Positions 10,332 through 20,973 of a stretch of DNA of 64,000 nucleotides are shown piece after piece. A program made the position numbers and the translations under genes. Origin of the DNA: an uncultured Candidatus Poseidoniales archaeon (GTDB lineage: Archaea > Thermoplasmatota > Poseidoniia > Poseidoniales > Poseidoniaceae); NCBI GenBank assembly GCA_964013535.1, contig CAXGWS010000003.1, positions 36,719 through 100,718 on the forward strand, given 5' to 3'. The number at the start of each line of letters is the position of its first letter. Position 1 is the stretch's first letter. Under the pieces are notes generated by a model. The model ran no database searches and was not told where the DNA came from. It worked only from the letters and a program-made list of their open reading frames with translations.

Positions 10332-12826
10332 TCGAGCAGACCAGCCTTTTCAATTTCTGAAATGTCAATATCCCCGGGTAACCCGAGGTCTACGGGCATT
10401 CCTCCAATGGTGATTATTACACCCGTAATATGAGTAAACAAACAAGGGGGGAAATCGCTTTCATTCTTCTTGTCGTTCAGTAACTTCCAACCGCTTGCTG
10501 ATTTGCGTTTTATCTTAGCGAAGGTCTCGACATCTCCAAATGCAATCCAGCCATTAGCGTTCCAGGCATGTTTCTGTAACTCTTTGGTCACAAAGGCTGG
10601 AGCAGGGGCTACAGTATGACGATACGGCCAAGCGTTTACCCAATCAAGCCCTGAGTCACGTAGCCATTCGATGCCAGTTGGCTCGCTACTGGCAGAGATA
10701 GTTTGCCCAATTGATTCTAAATGTCTCAACAAGCTGCGCAAATGAGGATGCCTTGATTGATTCTTAGCGAGATTTTCGGCTATGTTAGTTGCCGTCAGTA
10801 TTCTCCCCTCATCAAGGTGCAGTAGTGCACAAACAACATTTCCGTGAACCCATCCTTCGAGACCATTAGTTTTGATGTATCTCTCAAGAAGATTCAGTGC
10901 CTTTTCGAATTTCCCAATTAATCGAAGCCTGGCAACATCGCCAAGCAAAATAAGCCGGTCAGCAGGCTTATCACGATATGCCATTTCAGTAATTGGTTGA
11001 TTGTCTCTATAACGCTTAATCAAGTCAATATTACGCTTAGTTAGTGGATCTACGGACAGCAATGATTTGACTTTCTGGTCGAGTTGGCGTTTTTTAGGCT
11101 GCATAATTGAGGCGAACCATTTGAGTCTTGCCGCCTCAATATCGTCATCGGGCAACATTGCAATTCGAGGTTTTGCTTCGGCTAAGTCACGCTGACTCAA
11201 ACTTGCTGCAACTAGAATCAATCTCGCAATTTGCGCCTCACGACCGCCTCGTAGCGCTAAGATCGAAACAGCGTTATTTTCTGCATCATCCCAGCGTCCC
11301 ATGGCAGCATAAATTTCCATCATAGCATCGGTTTTTCTCACCAAATCAAGACCTTCTAATTGTTCTCCATGACCTTCTATCACCGCGTCAATTCGTTTCA
11401 ATGCCTTGTCCCATGAGTCTTCGGTTACCAATTTTCTAATCGCTTTTTGTTTAAGGTAAATTACATCCTCTAATTGGGCCATTCGAGCGCGGTTTTCACC
11501 AACTGATGCATCAAAGGATATATCTTCGAGTCGAGAGCCGATTTTCCTCGATCTTGCCCATATTACGACGAAGGCAACTTGACCACCAGAAGCAAGCATC
11601 CAAGTCAATTCCTCCAAAGCATCTTTTTGCATCACGGTGCAGATATTGTTTTCCCACGAACCGCAGGCTGCACCCTGCGGCAAGAAAGACGAATCCCAGA
11701 ATGTTATCATGGCCAAGGCCAACAGAAGCATCGATTGTCCGGCAAATCCGGTGAAGCAGAAATTCAAAACTTTAGCTTGCTGACTTCGTTCTGCTCTTAG
11801 CAAACGGCTATCTGCCAACTTAATCCCGCCTTTACCTGATACGTCTTGTACATCGAGGAAAAGTATGCGGGCAACTTCATACACAAACAAGAAACCTATC
11901 AGCGCAACGTTAAGCAATAGGAACAGCAGTACCATATTCACCAGTGGTACCCTGATACCCTCTGCAGGGATGAAAGCAAATAACTCGATGAGGGCAAATC
12001 CAAGAATTCCACCCTCTTCCATAATCGAGGATTGAACACGGTATTCTGGTAAATTTAGGACTCTATCGGAGTGAGTAAACATATTTGGGTCAATTGCGAT
12101 GGCAAATATCGAAACTATGGTATTGAATGCAACGAACGGCATTACAGATAGGTTGATGTTTACTATCTGAGCAATTGCTTGTTGTTTCGGATTTGGCTTG
12201 TGATTGTGAAATGGCGAGGGTTCACCTCCCGCTATTTTGATTGATGACTGTTTCAATGCTTGCCAAGAAGACCCCAACACTCTGCCATAGGCCAGCACGG
12301 CTGGTGAGAAGGCAATAAATGCACAGATACTGAATACTCGATACGATGGAACTTCAAGAGAGGTGAGTAATACCGCAATTATTCCTACAAAAATCATCCA
12401 ACTCAAGGTAAGTACCACATACGAGTAAGTTTGCCAAATATTTGAGTTCTGTAATGTGGCTCGACCCGCTCCAACTGGTTTTACCACCTGAGCGCCAAGC
12501 GATGAACCGCTGGATATTATTGCCGGTATAGCAATGAATGACAATGCGATGATAATTGATGCTGCGTGAAATCCGTCTGAGAGGCCGTATTCCGTCAGCA
12601 AGAATTCAAACAACAAGATCAATACTCCGGTTAAGGCAAACATATAGCTGGTAACACCGAACCTCATCCCTTTGGTTTGAAGGAGATTTCTTGCATCCTC
12701 CACCGACCTTGTAACATTGTGGACTTCGTAGCGTTTTTCTGCAGTTTGAAATGCGACTTGTAATCCTCTTAATTGTCTTGGTACCACACTATTGTAAAAC
12801 AAGTATGCCGTAACGGCTGCAAGCAA
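10328..12826 (-). CDS. Hypothetical polytopic membrane protein with a TPR-like helical domain
   Basis: 832 aa. Many hydrophobic segments in the N-terminal two thirds, then a helical, repeat-like soluble region. No catalytic motif recognised. Its 3' end overlaps the serS stop by 4 nt (convergent). Confidence 0.5.
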   Translation of the reverse strand: MLAAVTAYLFYNSVVPRQLRGLQVAFQTAEKRYEVHNVTRSVEDARNLLQTKGMRFGVTSYMFALTGVLILLFEFLLTEYGLSDGFHAASIIIALSFIAIPAIISSGSSLGAQVVKPVGAGRATLQNSNIWQTYSYVVLTLSWMIFVGIIAVLLTSLEVPSYRVFSICAFIAFSPAVLAYGRVLGSSWQALKQSSIKIAGGEPSPFHNHKPNPKQQAIAQIVNINLSVMPFVAFNTIVSIFAIAIDPNMFTHSDRVLNLPEYRVQSSIMEEGGILGFALIELFAFIPAEGIRVPLVNMVLLFLLLNVALIGFLFVYEVARILFLDVQDVSGKGGIKLADSRLLRAERSQQAKVLNFCFTGFAGQSMLLLALAMITFWDSSFLPQGAACGSWENNICTVMQKDALEELTWMLASGGQVAFVVIWARSRKIGSRLEDISFDASVGENRARMAQLEDVIYLKQKAIRKLVTEDSWDKALKRIDAVIEGHGEQLEGLDLVRKTDAMMEIYAAMGRWDDAENNAVSILALRGGREAQIARLILVAASLSQRDLAEAKPRIAMLPDDDIEAARLKWFASIMQPKKRQLDQKVKSLLSVDPLTKRNIDLIKRYRDNQPITEMAYRDKPADRLILLGDVARLRLIGKFEKALNLLERYIKTNGLEGWVHGNVVCALLHLDEGRILTATNIAENLAKNQSRHPHLRSLLRHLESIGQTISASSEPTGIEWLRDSGLDWVNAWPYRHTVAPAPAFVTKELQKHAWNANGWIAFGDVETFAKIKRKSASGWKLLNDKKNESDFPPCLFTHITGVIITIGGMPVDLGLPGDIDISEIEKAGLLD

Positions 12827-12894
12827 AAAAGGGACAATCGCAACAACTCCGAAATCGTTTATGATTGGCGGTGCTGAAATTTCAAATCCTCCTG

Positions 12895-15015
12895 TCAGAC
12901 TAGGCTGGGTTGCGATAATTTCTCACTAATTTCATTGTTGATTTTGCTGATAAATTCATCAAGTGGTATATCTGCTACTTGATCTCCATTGCGCGCTCGC
13001 AAACTAACAGTGTGATTTTCTGCTTCACCATCTCCAAGGATAATCATGTAGGCCGGGTGAAGTTTTCTGTGAGTTCTAATCTTCTTGCCGATGGTGTCAT
13101 CTCCATCATCAATCTGTACTCGAATACCATTTTCCTTTAGTTTTTCAGCAACTGTATTAGCATATTCAGTGTGCTTCTGAGAAATGGTTAGAATATGGCA
13201 CTGAGTTGGTGACAACCAAGTAGGGAAGCGGCCGGCAAAATGTTCGATTAGCACACCACAGAACCTCTCCATAGAGCCGAACGGTGCTCGATGTATCATC
13301 ACCGGTCGATGCAATTCACCATCTGAGCCTTTGTAGGTCAAATCGAAACGCTCCGGCAGGTTGTAATCTACCTGAACAGTTCCTAACTGCCATTCACGGC
13401 CAATAACATCCTTCACGACGAAATCAATTTTTGGCCCGTAGAACGCTGCTTCGCCTTCTTCTTCTGACCAATCAACACCGAGTGATGCTGCCGCATCACG
13501 GCACGCTTTCTCGGCCTTGTCCCAACGCTTTGGATCGCCAACATATTTGGTTGAGTCCGGGTCACGTAGACCAACCCTAACCCGATAGTCAGTCATGCCC
13601 AACTTATCAAAAATGATTTGCACGAGTTCAATACATCCAAGCACCTCTTGTGCAATTTGATCTTCTGTAACGAATAGATGTGCATCATCTTGCGTGAACC
13701 CCCTCACCCTCGTCATTCCGGAGATTTCACCCGATTGCTCCCAGCGATAAACCGTGCCAAATTCTGCTAATCTTAGCGGTAGATCTCGATATGATCTGGC
13801 TTGCGAGGCGTATATTTTGACGTGATGTGGGCAATTCATTGGCTTAAGCATGTAACCATCAATTTCACCTGACTTCATCATATTGGATAACTCGGAGCAG
13901 GAGCATCCCTCATCGGCTAATTTTTTCATCAGGTCTTTTTCAACCAATGGGGGATATTGAGAGTCTTGGTAGTAGGGGAAGTGGCCGGAGGTTCGATACA
14001 AATCTAATTTCCCGATGTGCGGAGTAAATACTTGAGAATAACCTTGTCTTGTGAGGTGCTCACCAATAAAATTCTGTAACTCTTGGCGAATTATCGCTCC
14101 TCGCGGAGTCCAGAGAATCAATCCTTGTCCCACCTCCTCATCAATGTGGAAGAGTTGCAAATCGCGACCGAGTTTTCTGTGGTCGCGTTTTTTGGCCTCT
14201 TCCATCCTGTGCAAGGTTTGTTTCAAGGCGTCTTTTGTTGGTTCAACAATGCCGTAGATGCGGACTAATTGTTCTCTGTCTTGGTCTCCTCGCCAGTAGG
14301 CCGATGAAACACTAGTTAATTTTGAGAACATTAATTTTCCAGTGCTTTGAACGTGTGGTCCGAGGCATAAATCATACCAATCACCCTGCTTGTAAATTGT
14401 TGAACCCGTTCCTTCTCCGATCTTATCGTTGATTATCTCTATTTTGTACTGATTATCAGTAAAATGTTCGCGCAGTTCTTCATCATCAAGTTCGATTCTT
14501 TCTACGATTAGATTGCGTCTAGCAATTTCTTGCATTTTTTTGTGAATTGGCTTAAGGTCTGCCTCAGTAATCGGCTCCATGGCAAAATCGTAGTAGAAAC
14601 CTCTCTCGATTGCGGGCCCTATAGTAGGCTTAGCGTCTGGATAAAGCTCGACAACGGCTTGGGCAAGAAGGTGAGCTGTGCTGTGTCTGAGGATGTGCAT
14701 TCCGGCAGGTGAATCTGCTTTGATGCCTTCAACTTCACAAGAGTCATGAATTTCGTAGGACATGTCTTTTTGCGAACCATCGACCAGTGCAGCGAGGCAG
14801 CCGTTTTTCTTTCCCAGTGCATCAGTTATTACTTCTAAACAGGTGATTCCAGCAGCATATTCGTTAACTGTTCCATCTGGAAGTGTTATGTTAATCAGTG
14901 CCAAAAAAACCTCTCCTACAGTTGTCGGAGTCTCTAACCCTTCATCAATTTCTCGATACAAATTTGAATTCAGCACTGTATTTTTGCCGCAGTAGCGGTG
15001 TTCAATAATTTTCAT
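12895..15015 (-). CDS. thrS: Threonyl-tRNA synthetase (bacterial/eukaryal type with N-terminal TGS domain)
   Basis: TGS domain (NITLPDGTV), HRKLGRDLQLFH, class II motifs and a C-terminal anticodon-binding domain. The ORF-track start at 15096 would overlap the divergent gene at 15082; an internal start at MKIIEH (15015) is preferred. Confidence 0.85.
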   Translation of the reverse strand: MKIIEHRYCGKNTVLNSNLYREIDEGLETPTTVGEVFLALINITLPDGTVNEYAAGITCLEVITDALGKKNGCLAALVDGSQKDMSYEIHDSCEVEGIKADSPAGMHILRHSTAHLLAQAVVELYPDAKPTIGPAIERGFYYDFAMEPITEADLKPIHKKMQEIARRNLIVERIELDDEELREHFTDNQYKIEIINDKIGEGTGSTIYKQGDWYDLCLGPHVQSTGKLMFSKLTSVSSAYWRGDQDREQLVRIYGIVEPTKDALKQTLHRMEEAKKRDHRKLGRDLQLFHIDEEVGQGLILWTPRGAIIRQELQNFIGEHLTRQGYSQVFTPHIGKLDLYRTSGHFPYYQDSQYPPLVEKDLMKKLADEGCSCSELSNMMKSGEIDGYMLKPMNCPHHVKIYASQARSYRDLPLRLAEFGTVYRWEQSGEISGMTRVRGFTQDDAHLFVTEDQIAQEVLGCIELVQIIFDKLGMTDYRVRVGLRDPDSTKYVGDPKRWDKAEKACRDAAASLGVDWSEEEGEAAFYGPKIDFVVKDVIGREWQLGTVQVDYNLPERFDLTYKGSDGELHRPVMIHRAPFGSMERFCGVLIEHFAGRFPTWLSPTQCHILTISQKHTEYANTVAEKLKENGIRVQIDDGDDTIGKKIRTHRKLHPAYMIILGDGEAENHTVSLRARNGDQVADIPLDEFISKINNEISEKLSQPSLV

Positions 15016-15081
15016 TAAATTACGGTTATTGTTAAACAAATTCCCACAAGTATTGAAGAGTAGTAGGTTCAGAATATTATC

Positions 15082-18000
15082 ATGGCTAAATCCCACAGTA
15101 TCATTGGAATGATGATTCTGGTTCTAATTTTACCACTTTATTCCCCTCTCGTAGCAGCCGATCCGCTACCTGAGGAGCCGCAAATAAACGCTATTTGGCT
15201 GGCTGATGAATTCGGTGAAAATTCCCACAACTACAGGGTCACTTTCGCTGATGGTGAATCATATCAGGCGATTATAGATGTTGTACATGAGAGAAATGGT
15301 GAATCAATCGATGTAGATGTTCTCCAATCTTGGGACTTAATCGATGGTTATCGAGTTGTTGACTTAGTGCTGAATACCAGCATACTATGGAACGATTTAG
15401 TTACCGTTTCAGCCACGATTACTCATTATGATGGTCAAGAATTAACTAATCCAATAGTTACTCACCGAGAATTTGAAATTGGCACTTGGAATCAGCCGAT
15501 GGATGACCATGAAATCATGTTGGAAACAACATGGTTACTCGACCAGACCTACAACAACTCTGATGGACAACAAGGATTCAATTTGGACTTTGCCGGTCAA
15601 GGCTGGCAACAAAGAACCGGTGATACTGTAGAATCATGGGAATTAGGCAATGGTAGCGTATTATTCCTTGAAACAACAGAAATGGGCAGTAATAATTTAT
15701 CTCTTGACCTACAATCGATTTGGAAGAATGAAACAATACAAAGCGGGACATTGACCTCTCAGGTTTTCGAAGCCATCGGCAGTGGCAACATGCACATTAT
15801 CGCATTAGATGATGAAGTTGAAACCTCGATATTAGTACAAGTTACAAATGCAGAACTAAATCGCTCAATAATCGAGGATGTAGTGTCCGAGCGACTGAAG
15901 ATAGATGCAAATGGAGTGCTAAATATTAGTTCAAACGAGGGTGAAAATTCATCAACAAGCATTGATGGTGATATTGGTGTATTTTACCTCGAAACATGGG
16001 ATGAGAACGGCGTTAGGAGATATTACGACCAAAGTTTTGAGGCGATAGCTGAAATGATTGTAATCGAAGAAGGAAGCAGGCTAGACATCGATATAAGCAC
16101 CCTCAGTTCAGGAGAGACTTGGGTTGAAGGGGCGAGAACTGCGCAATTAGAGGAATTAATCGGTTCGGGAACATTTGGTTTCTCCGAAAGCGACAATGAG
16201 TCATCAATAAGCATCAATGGAACAATCTATGACTTCCACACCAAAACAGAACAAGGCATAACATTAGTTGATGAATTACACATAGATGGCGACATAACTG
16301 GCGATGTTCAAGGTAATTTTGGTGTTGTTAGAGGTATTGAGTTGACTGGCCTTCAGGCAAATGCAACAGGGGTAGAATTTCCAGTCAATGTAATACACGA
16401 AGAATCTTGGTTTAACCTGACTGGTATCAACGGTGGTAACTTCTTTGATGGGGCAGGAATAGGTACCACTCACAACCAAACCTGGGATTATCAAGTCATC
16501 TACTCTGATTGGGATAATAGAACGGTTCGTTTGGTCTGGGAAGAATCAGGAGCCGATGCATCCAGCGGTGAAGAGTTCCCCGAGCGTAGTCCAATTGAGG
16601 TTCAGCCCGAGCCACCCGAAGTGGATGAAGCATTGGGAAATCTAACAGTAAGTAGGGAAACTGGCTTGATGCCGATACCTATGATGCCTGGTGATAGTAT
16701 AAGGCTTGACGGACAGCCTGGATTGACTCTAATTGTAACTGCTGAGTCATTGGAAAATGATCCACGAGACGGGCATAACTTCCATGTTGTAACATGGTCA
16801 GGTGTTTACGAAGGCGATGAGTCGGGAACTGCAACCGGAGCTATAATTGACGAAGGGCCGCTGAAAGGACTTATCTCAAGCGTCTCTCGACAACTTTCCA
16901 TTCCATTCGGAGAAGCCGGTTATCTTGCTAATTTTACTGAGACACAACTGCTTACTAGAGTCATTTCACCAGCAGTAGTAACGGCTGAAGAAAATTCTGC
17001 GCCGGTAGTCAACGCACTATACCTCCTCGAGGGATTAATAGTCTCAGAAGGAGGCAGTGTAGCTACGTTGATTGCCGAAGTTAACGATGTTGATTGGAAT
17101 CTAGAGCAGGTAACAGTTGACCTTAGCCCGATTGGTGGTCAAGTTGTGGTAATGAATGACCGAGGTGTTGATGGTGACACAGTAATCGGGGATGATAAGT
17201 ACTCAACACGGATTATCGTCCAAGGTTTGGAGGTAGGAGATTTCACACTCAATGTGGAAGCCATTGATTCATTCGATGTTTTGACTTCTTCCAGCGGTGA
17301 AATCTCTGTCGCCAATCTAGCGCCAAGGATGACGGCAGCAGAAATCTTGCCTAATCAAGGTCCTCGGGGAACAAATATGGTCGTTAATGTCGAGGCATAT
17401 GATGGTCATGGAGTTTCTAACATAAGTATTGATTTGCGAGATTTTGGTGGTGAATTGCTGCAAATGAACGAAAATTCGGGGATATGGACGACTATGATGA
17501 CTGTCCCGGAGGGGATGTCGCCTGGCACGCAAACGTTGGATTTCGTACTGGTTGACGGCTTAGGTAAAGTGGGAATAACCAATGTTTGGTTAAACGGTCA
17601 ACGGTCTGCAGATCATCAGTACGGCTTACATCACATCCCAAATGAAGAGTCCATCCCTATCGAAATCACCGTGGAAAACTCAGCCCCAACCTTCACACTT
17701 CCCGATGTAACAAAGTACACGCGTGGAGATGTTTCAAGCACTGTTGTTTTTGAGGTTGAAATCTCAGATTCGGATGGAATTACCAACGCTCGAGCAAATC
17801 TAGGAGTCTTCACACCATTAGGTAATCAACCCGGGTGGGTTTCTATGAATGACAATGGAATAAATGGAGATAGGGTTCCTCAAGATGGTATCTTTTCAGT
17901 TGAGATGTCGATAAGAACGAGCACACCATTGGGCACCCATGAAATTCAAATTCAAGCAATAGACAGTTTCGACGTTGCCACACCGGTTACTCCAGTATCC

Positions 18001-18177
18001 GTAATCGTAGAAGAAGACACTGATTTAATCCCCAGTTTGGATAGTGAATCTCTATCCAGTACGGTACTGGTTGTGATATTACTTGGATTCACGGCAATCA
18101 CCTTAGTTGCTTTGTTGTTTTTGATGCGTAAATCAAAAGACAAAGAATACCTTGGCGATAGGTTTGGTTTTGAGTAG
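15082..18177 (+). CDS. Large secreted surface protein with a C-terminal TM anchor (adhesin/S-layer-like)
   Basis: 1031 aa. N-terminal signal peptide, many N-x-S/T sequons, acidic composition, and a C-terminal hydrophobic segment followed by a short basic tail (LMRKSKDKEY). Confidence 0.6.
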   Translation: MAKSHSIIGMMILVLILPLYSPLVAADPLPEEPQINAIWLADEFGENSHNYRVTFADGESYQAIIDVVHERNGESIDVDVLQSWDLIDGYRVVDLVLNTSILWNDLVTVSATITHYDGQELTNPIVTHREFEIGTWNQPMDDHEIMLETTWLLDQTYNNSDGQQGFNLDFAGQGWQQRTGDTVESWELGNGSVLFLETTEMGSNNLSLDLQSIWKNETIQSGTLTSQVFEAIGSGNMHIIALDDEVETSILVQVTNAELNRSIIEDVVSERLKIDANGVLNISSNEGENSSTSIDGDIGVFYLETWDENGVRRYYDQSFEAIAEMIVIEEGSRLDIDISTLSSGETWVEGARTAQLEELIGSGTFGFSESDNESSISINGTIYDFHTKTEQGITLVDELHIDGDITGDVQGNFGVVRGIELTGLQANATGVEFPVNVIHEESWFNLTGINGGNFFDGAGIGTTHNQTWDYQVIYSDWDNRTVRLVWEESGADASSGEEFPERSPIEVQPEPPEVDEALGNLTVSRETGLMPIPMMPGDSIRLDGQPGLTLIVTAESLENDPRDGHNFHVVTWSGVYEGDESGTATGAIIDEGPLKGLISSVSRQLSIPFGEAGYLANFTETQLLTRVISPAVVTAEENSAPVVNALYLLEGLIVSEGGSVATLIAEVNDVDWNLEQVTVDLSPIGGQVVVMNDRGVDGDTVIGDDKYSTRIIVQGLEVGDFTLNVEAIDSFDVLTSSSGEISVANLAPRMTAAEILPNQGPRGTNMVVNVEAYDGHGVSNISIDLRDFGGELLQMNENSGIWTTMMTVPEGMSPGTQTLDFVLVDGLGKVGITNVWLNGQRSADHQYGLHHIPNEESIPIEITVENSAPTFTLPDVTKYTRGDVSSTVVFEVEISDSDGITNARANLGVFTPLGNQPGWVSMNDNGINGDRVPQDGIFSVEMSIRTSTPLGTHEIQIQAIDSFDVATPVTPVSVIVEEDTDLIPSLDSESLSSTVLVVILLGFTAITLVALLFLMRKSKDKEYLGDRFGFE

Positions 18178-18227
18178 GTCTATTTCCGATAACGGTTTAT
18201 ACCCCCGTTTAGTGGGATGGCTACCCA

Positions 18228-18302
18228 GCGAGCGTAGTGTAGTGGTTATCACCGGGCGTTGCCAACGCCTGAACCCGGGTTCGAGTCCCGGCGCTCGCAC
18301 CA
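18228..18302 (+). tRNA. tRNA-Gly (anticodon GCC), genomically encoded CCA
   Basis: Hand-folded cloverleaf. Acceptor stem GCGAGCG/CGCUCGC, anticodon stem GGGCG/CGCCU, anticodon loop UUGCCAA, T-arm CCGGG-UUCGAGU-CCCGG, discriminator A plus CCA. Confidence 0.8.
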
Positions 18303-18365
18303 AATTGACAAAATTGTCTAAGTAACATTTAACCGTTGAACGATTATGGCAACGCAGGGTTCAGC

Positions 18366-18689
18366 ATGACAGACAGACGAACAATTTTCATCGGCAAGAA
18401 ACCATTACACGCATACGTAAGAGCAGTCGTTATGGCAATGGAAGCAGGAGATCGCAATTTGGAGTTGGTCGCTCGGGGAGCAACCATAGGCAGAGCTGTT
18501 GATGTTGCTGAGGTATGCCGTAGGAGAAACGGTATCATTGCTCAAGGCCTGCCTGAAGAGGTAGTTATTGGCGAAATTAACTGTGAGAGTGAGGTAATTC
18601 CTTCAGAGGATGGAAGAGACCGAACTGTGAGTGTTCTAAGAATTGAGTTAGACGGTCACGGTGACCTACCAGAAAGAGAAGAAGAGTGA
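18366..18689 (+). CDS. albA: Alba DNA/RNA-binding chromatin protein
   Basis: IFIGKKPLHAYVRAVV...ARGATIGRAVDVAEV...DGRDRTVSVLRIEL matches the Alba fold consensus. The ORF opens at 18336; M11 (18366) is the more likely start. Confidence 0.75.
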   Translation: MTDRRTIFIGKKPLHAYVRAVVMAMEAGDRNLELVARGATIGRAVDVAEVCRRRNGIIAQGLPEEVVIGEINCESEVIPSEDGRDRTVSVLRIELDGHGDLPEREEE

Positions 18690-18690
18690 A

Positions 18691-19050
18691 TCACTCCAGC
18701 ATCAAAATCCGTTGCTCGATAGCTTCTGCTGTTCTTTCAAATACCTCAATGGACTGGCCTACTGGGTCATCTAGATTCCAATCTTGATCTAATTTTATCG
18801 TCGGGCATTCAACTCCACAACCCATTGAAATGACCATGTCAAATGAACTTGGGGTAAACAAATCAAGACTCTTAGGCTTCATGCCAGAAATATCAATTCC
18901 TTTTTTTTGTAATATTGTTAAAGCATGAGTAGAAACTTGTTTTGCTGGGTGGGTTCCCGCCGAGTGTGCATCATGGCCATACAACTTTGCAATACCTTCT
19001 GCCATTTGTGAGCGACAGGAGTTGCCTACACATACAAATAATATTTTCAT
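18691..19050 (-). CDS. Arsenate reductase / low-molecular-weight protein-tyrosine phosphatase family (ArsC, thioredoxin-coupled type)
   Basis: CX5R P-loop CVGNSCRS at the N-terminus plus a downstream Cys pair (CGVEC). Confidence 0.6.
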   Translation of the reverse strand: MKILFVCVGNSCRSQMAEGIAKLYGHDAHSAGTHPAKQVSTHALTILQKKGIDISGMKPKSLDLFTPSSFDMVISMGCGVECPTIKLDQDWNLDDPVGQSIEVFERTAEAIEQRILMLE

Positions 19051-19142
19051 GGATTATTCTAATCGGCCTAACATTTAATTTATTTCTATATAGAAACAGT
19101 CAGTGTTATCACTATGTCATGTAGAGAGTATATTGAACCAAC

Positions 19143-19502
19143 ATGTTGGGACGCTTTCGTGCGGTGATTTATTTTGCAGTCCTGTTTGTAGTATTATTTG
19201 CAACGCACATCATCTTCGCGGCACTAAACAATGATGTTTTATTCCGGATAGTGGTTATTTGTATCACAATTTTGACATTCTTCGCTGGCCCAATTTGTGC
19301 ATTAATTGAATCAGAACATACCAGATATGGTGCAAGTTTTACTCATGGTATGGCACTATCTCTTCCACTATCAACTGGTCTTGGATGGGCTTATAATGGC
19401 ATGTCGGCTGGTTTTGAAATGGTTATTTTTCCGATTTTATCGGTTTTTATTCATCTAGCCATCAAACAAAGCGCTGTGGGTACTACCTATGGGTTGAAGT
19501 AG
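19143..19502 (+). CDS. Hypothetical small membrane protein
   Basis: 119 aa with about four hydrophobic helices; no motif. Confidence 0.3.
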   Translation: MLGRFRAVIYFAVLFVVLFATHIIFAALNNDVLFRIVVICITILTFFAGPICALIESEHTRYGASFTHGMALSLPLSTGLGWAYNGMSAGFEMVIFPILSVFIHLAIKQSAVGTTYGLK

Positions 19503-19507
19503 GATTA

Positions 19508-20530
19508 TTGTTTGGTAAAATCATGGCCGATTCTCCGGTGAGTACTCATGACCCCAAAGGGGCAAAGCCCACGGAAGGGCCAACTGCTCAACAGCAAAAA
19601 GAGATGGAAAGTGCTTATGCCAACATGAAGCGAAAAATGGCAATGCAGGAAATTGGCAGAAAAATAAAACATAAAATCATGGTTTTATCCGGTAAAGGCG
19701 GCGTCGGGAAATCAACGGTTTCAACCGGTCTAGCCTTGTCGCTTGCTCAACAAGGTCACACCGTTGGCATCCTTGACATAGACATCACTGGACCAAATGT
19801 TCCAAAAATGATGGGCTTGGATGGAAAAAGACTCCACGTTGAGCAGGGTAGAATTCATCCAGCACAAGGTCACATGGGTGTTAAGGTCATCTCAATGGCC
19901 TTCCTGCTCGAAGATGAAGATACTCCTGTGGTTTGGCGTGGGCCAATCAAACTCGGCGCAATCCAACAATTCATCGGCGACGTAGAGTGGGGTCAACTGG
20001 ATTACCTCGTAATCGATTTCCCGCCTGGGACCTCAGATGAGCCGTTGACTGTCGCTCAATCATTACCAGATATTGATGGAATGGTAATCGTTACCACTCC
20101 GCAAGATGTTGCACTGCTTGATAGCAGAAAATCAATCACCTTTTCGGAGTCACTCAAAGTTCCAGTTTTAGGTGTTGTTGAGAACATGAGTGGTTATACA
20201 ATTTCGGGGACAACCAATCCGTCAACGAGCCTAGAAATTGCCGGTCCTGGTGGTAAGAAGCACCAAGTCACCTCAGATGAGCAAGGCAAATTCAGTGTGA
20301 CGCTTGATATTTTCAAACAAGGTGGCGGTAAGTCTACCGCACAGGAATTTGGTGTACCCTTCCTTGGTGAGTTGCCATTTGACCCAGGGTTTGTTCGTGG
20401 TGGTGATGACGGAGTACACCGTATTGTCAGTGAGCCAGATGGTGCATCGGCTATTGCGTTTGGTAAAGTTGTCGAAGCGATTAAATCCCAAATTGGGCAA
20501 TCTTCAAGCCAAGGGTTAGAAATTATTTGA
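19508..20530 (+). CDS. Mrp/NBP35 (ApbC) family Fe-S cluster carrier ATPase
   Basis: Deviant Walker A LSGKGGVGKST and conserved CxxC region; 340 aa. Confidence 0.8.
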   Translation: MFGKIMADSPVSTHDPKGAKPTEGPTAQQQKEMESAYANMKRKMAMQEIGRKIKHKIMVLSGKGGVGKSTVSTGLALSLAQQGHTVGILDIDITGPNVPKMMGLDGKRLHVEQGRIHPAQGHMGVKVISMAFLLEDEDTPVVWRGPIKLGAIQQFIGDVEWGQLDYLVIDFPPGTSDEPLTVAQSLPDIDGMVIVTTPQDVALLDSRKSITFSESLKVPVLGVVENMSGYTISGTTNPSTSLEIAGPGGKKHQVTSDEQGKFSVTLDIFKQGGGKSTAQEFGVPFLGELPFDPGFVRGGDDGVHRIVSEPDGASAIAFGKVVEAIKSQIGQSSSQGLEII

Positions 20531-20540
20531 GGCATAGAAA

Positions 20541-20891
20541 ATGTCTGCAATACCAGAACTAACCCGTTTAGAACGGCATGATACTAGTATGGAACTCACC
20601 TACGACAACGGAAACCAATTCACTGTTACATACGATGATTTGAGGTATTCCTGCCCATGTGCAAAATGCGCCCCGCTTAGAAATGACGATGAGTCAAGCA
20701 AATCACTGCGACGTCAAGTAGAATCTATGCCAGCAGAGAAACCCAAAGTAAGAACCATTGGTAAATATGCCCTGGCCTTCGATTGGGTTCAAGGATGTTC
20801 CAGTGGTATTTATCGATTTGAAAGAATTTGGGCTTTAGCTAATAACCAAGATCCAGATGGTGGCAGGCCATATGTTCACGGCGTATGGTAA
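20541..20891 (+). CDS. DUF971-like small protein, frequently linked to Mrp/ApbC
   Basis: 116 aa with CPCAKC and a conserved W-rich core; immediately downstream of the Mrp ATPase. Confidence 0.45.
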   Translation: MSAIPELTRLERHDTSMELTYDNGNQFTVTYDDLRYSCPCAKCAPLRNDDESSKSLRRQVESMPAEKPKVRTIGKYALAFDWVQGCSSGIYRFERIWALANNQDPDGGRPYVHGVW

Positions 20892-20973
20892 TCCATTAAC
20901 GGGTATTTTTGGTTCATTGAAGGCGAGGGTTTGATGTATAATCGACTTAACGCCATTTTGGAGAGAACTAGGT

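Noticed and set aside
15016-15096. An N-terminal 27-aa extension of thrS to the ATG at 15096
   Set aside because: It would overlap the start of the divergent surface-protein gene (15082). The TGS domain begins shortly after the internal Met, so the shorter start is more plausible
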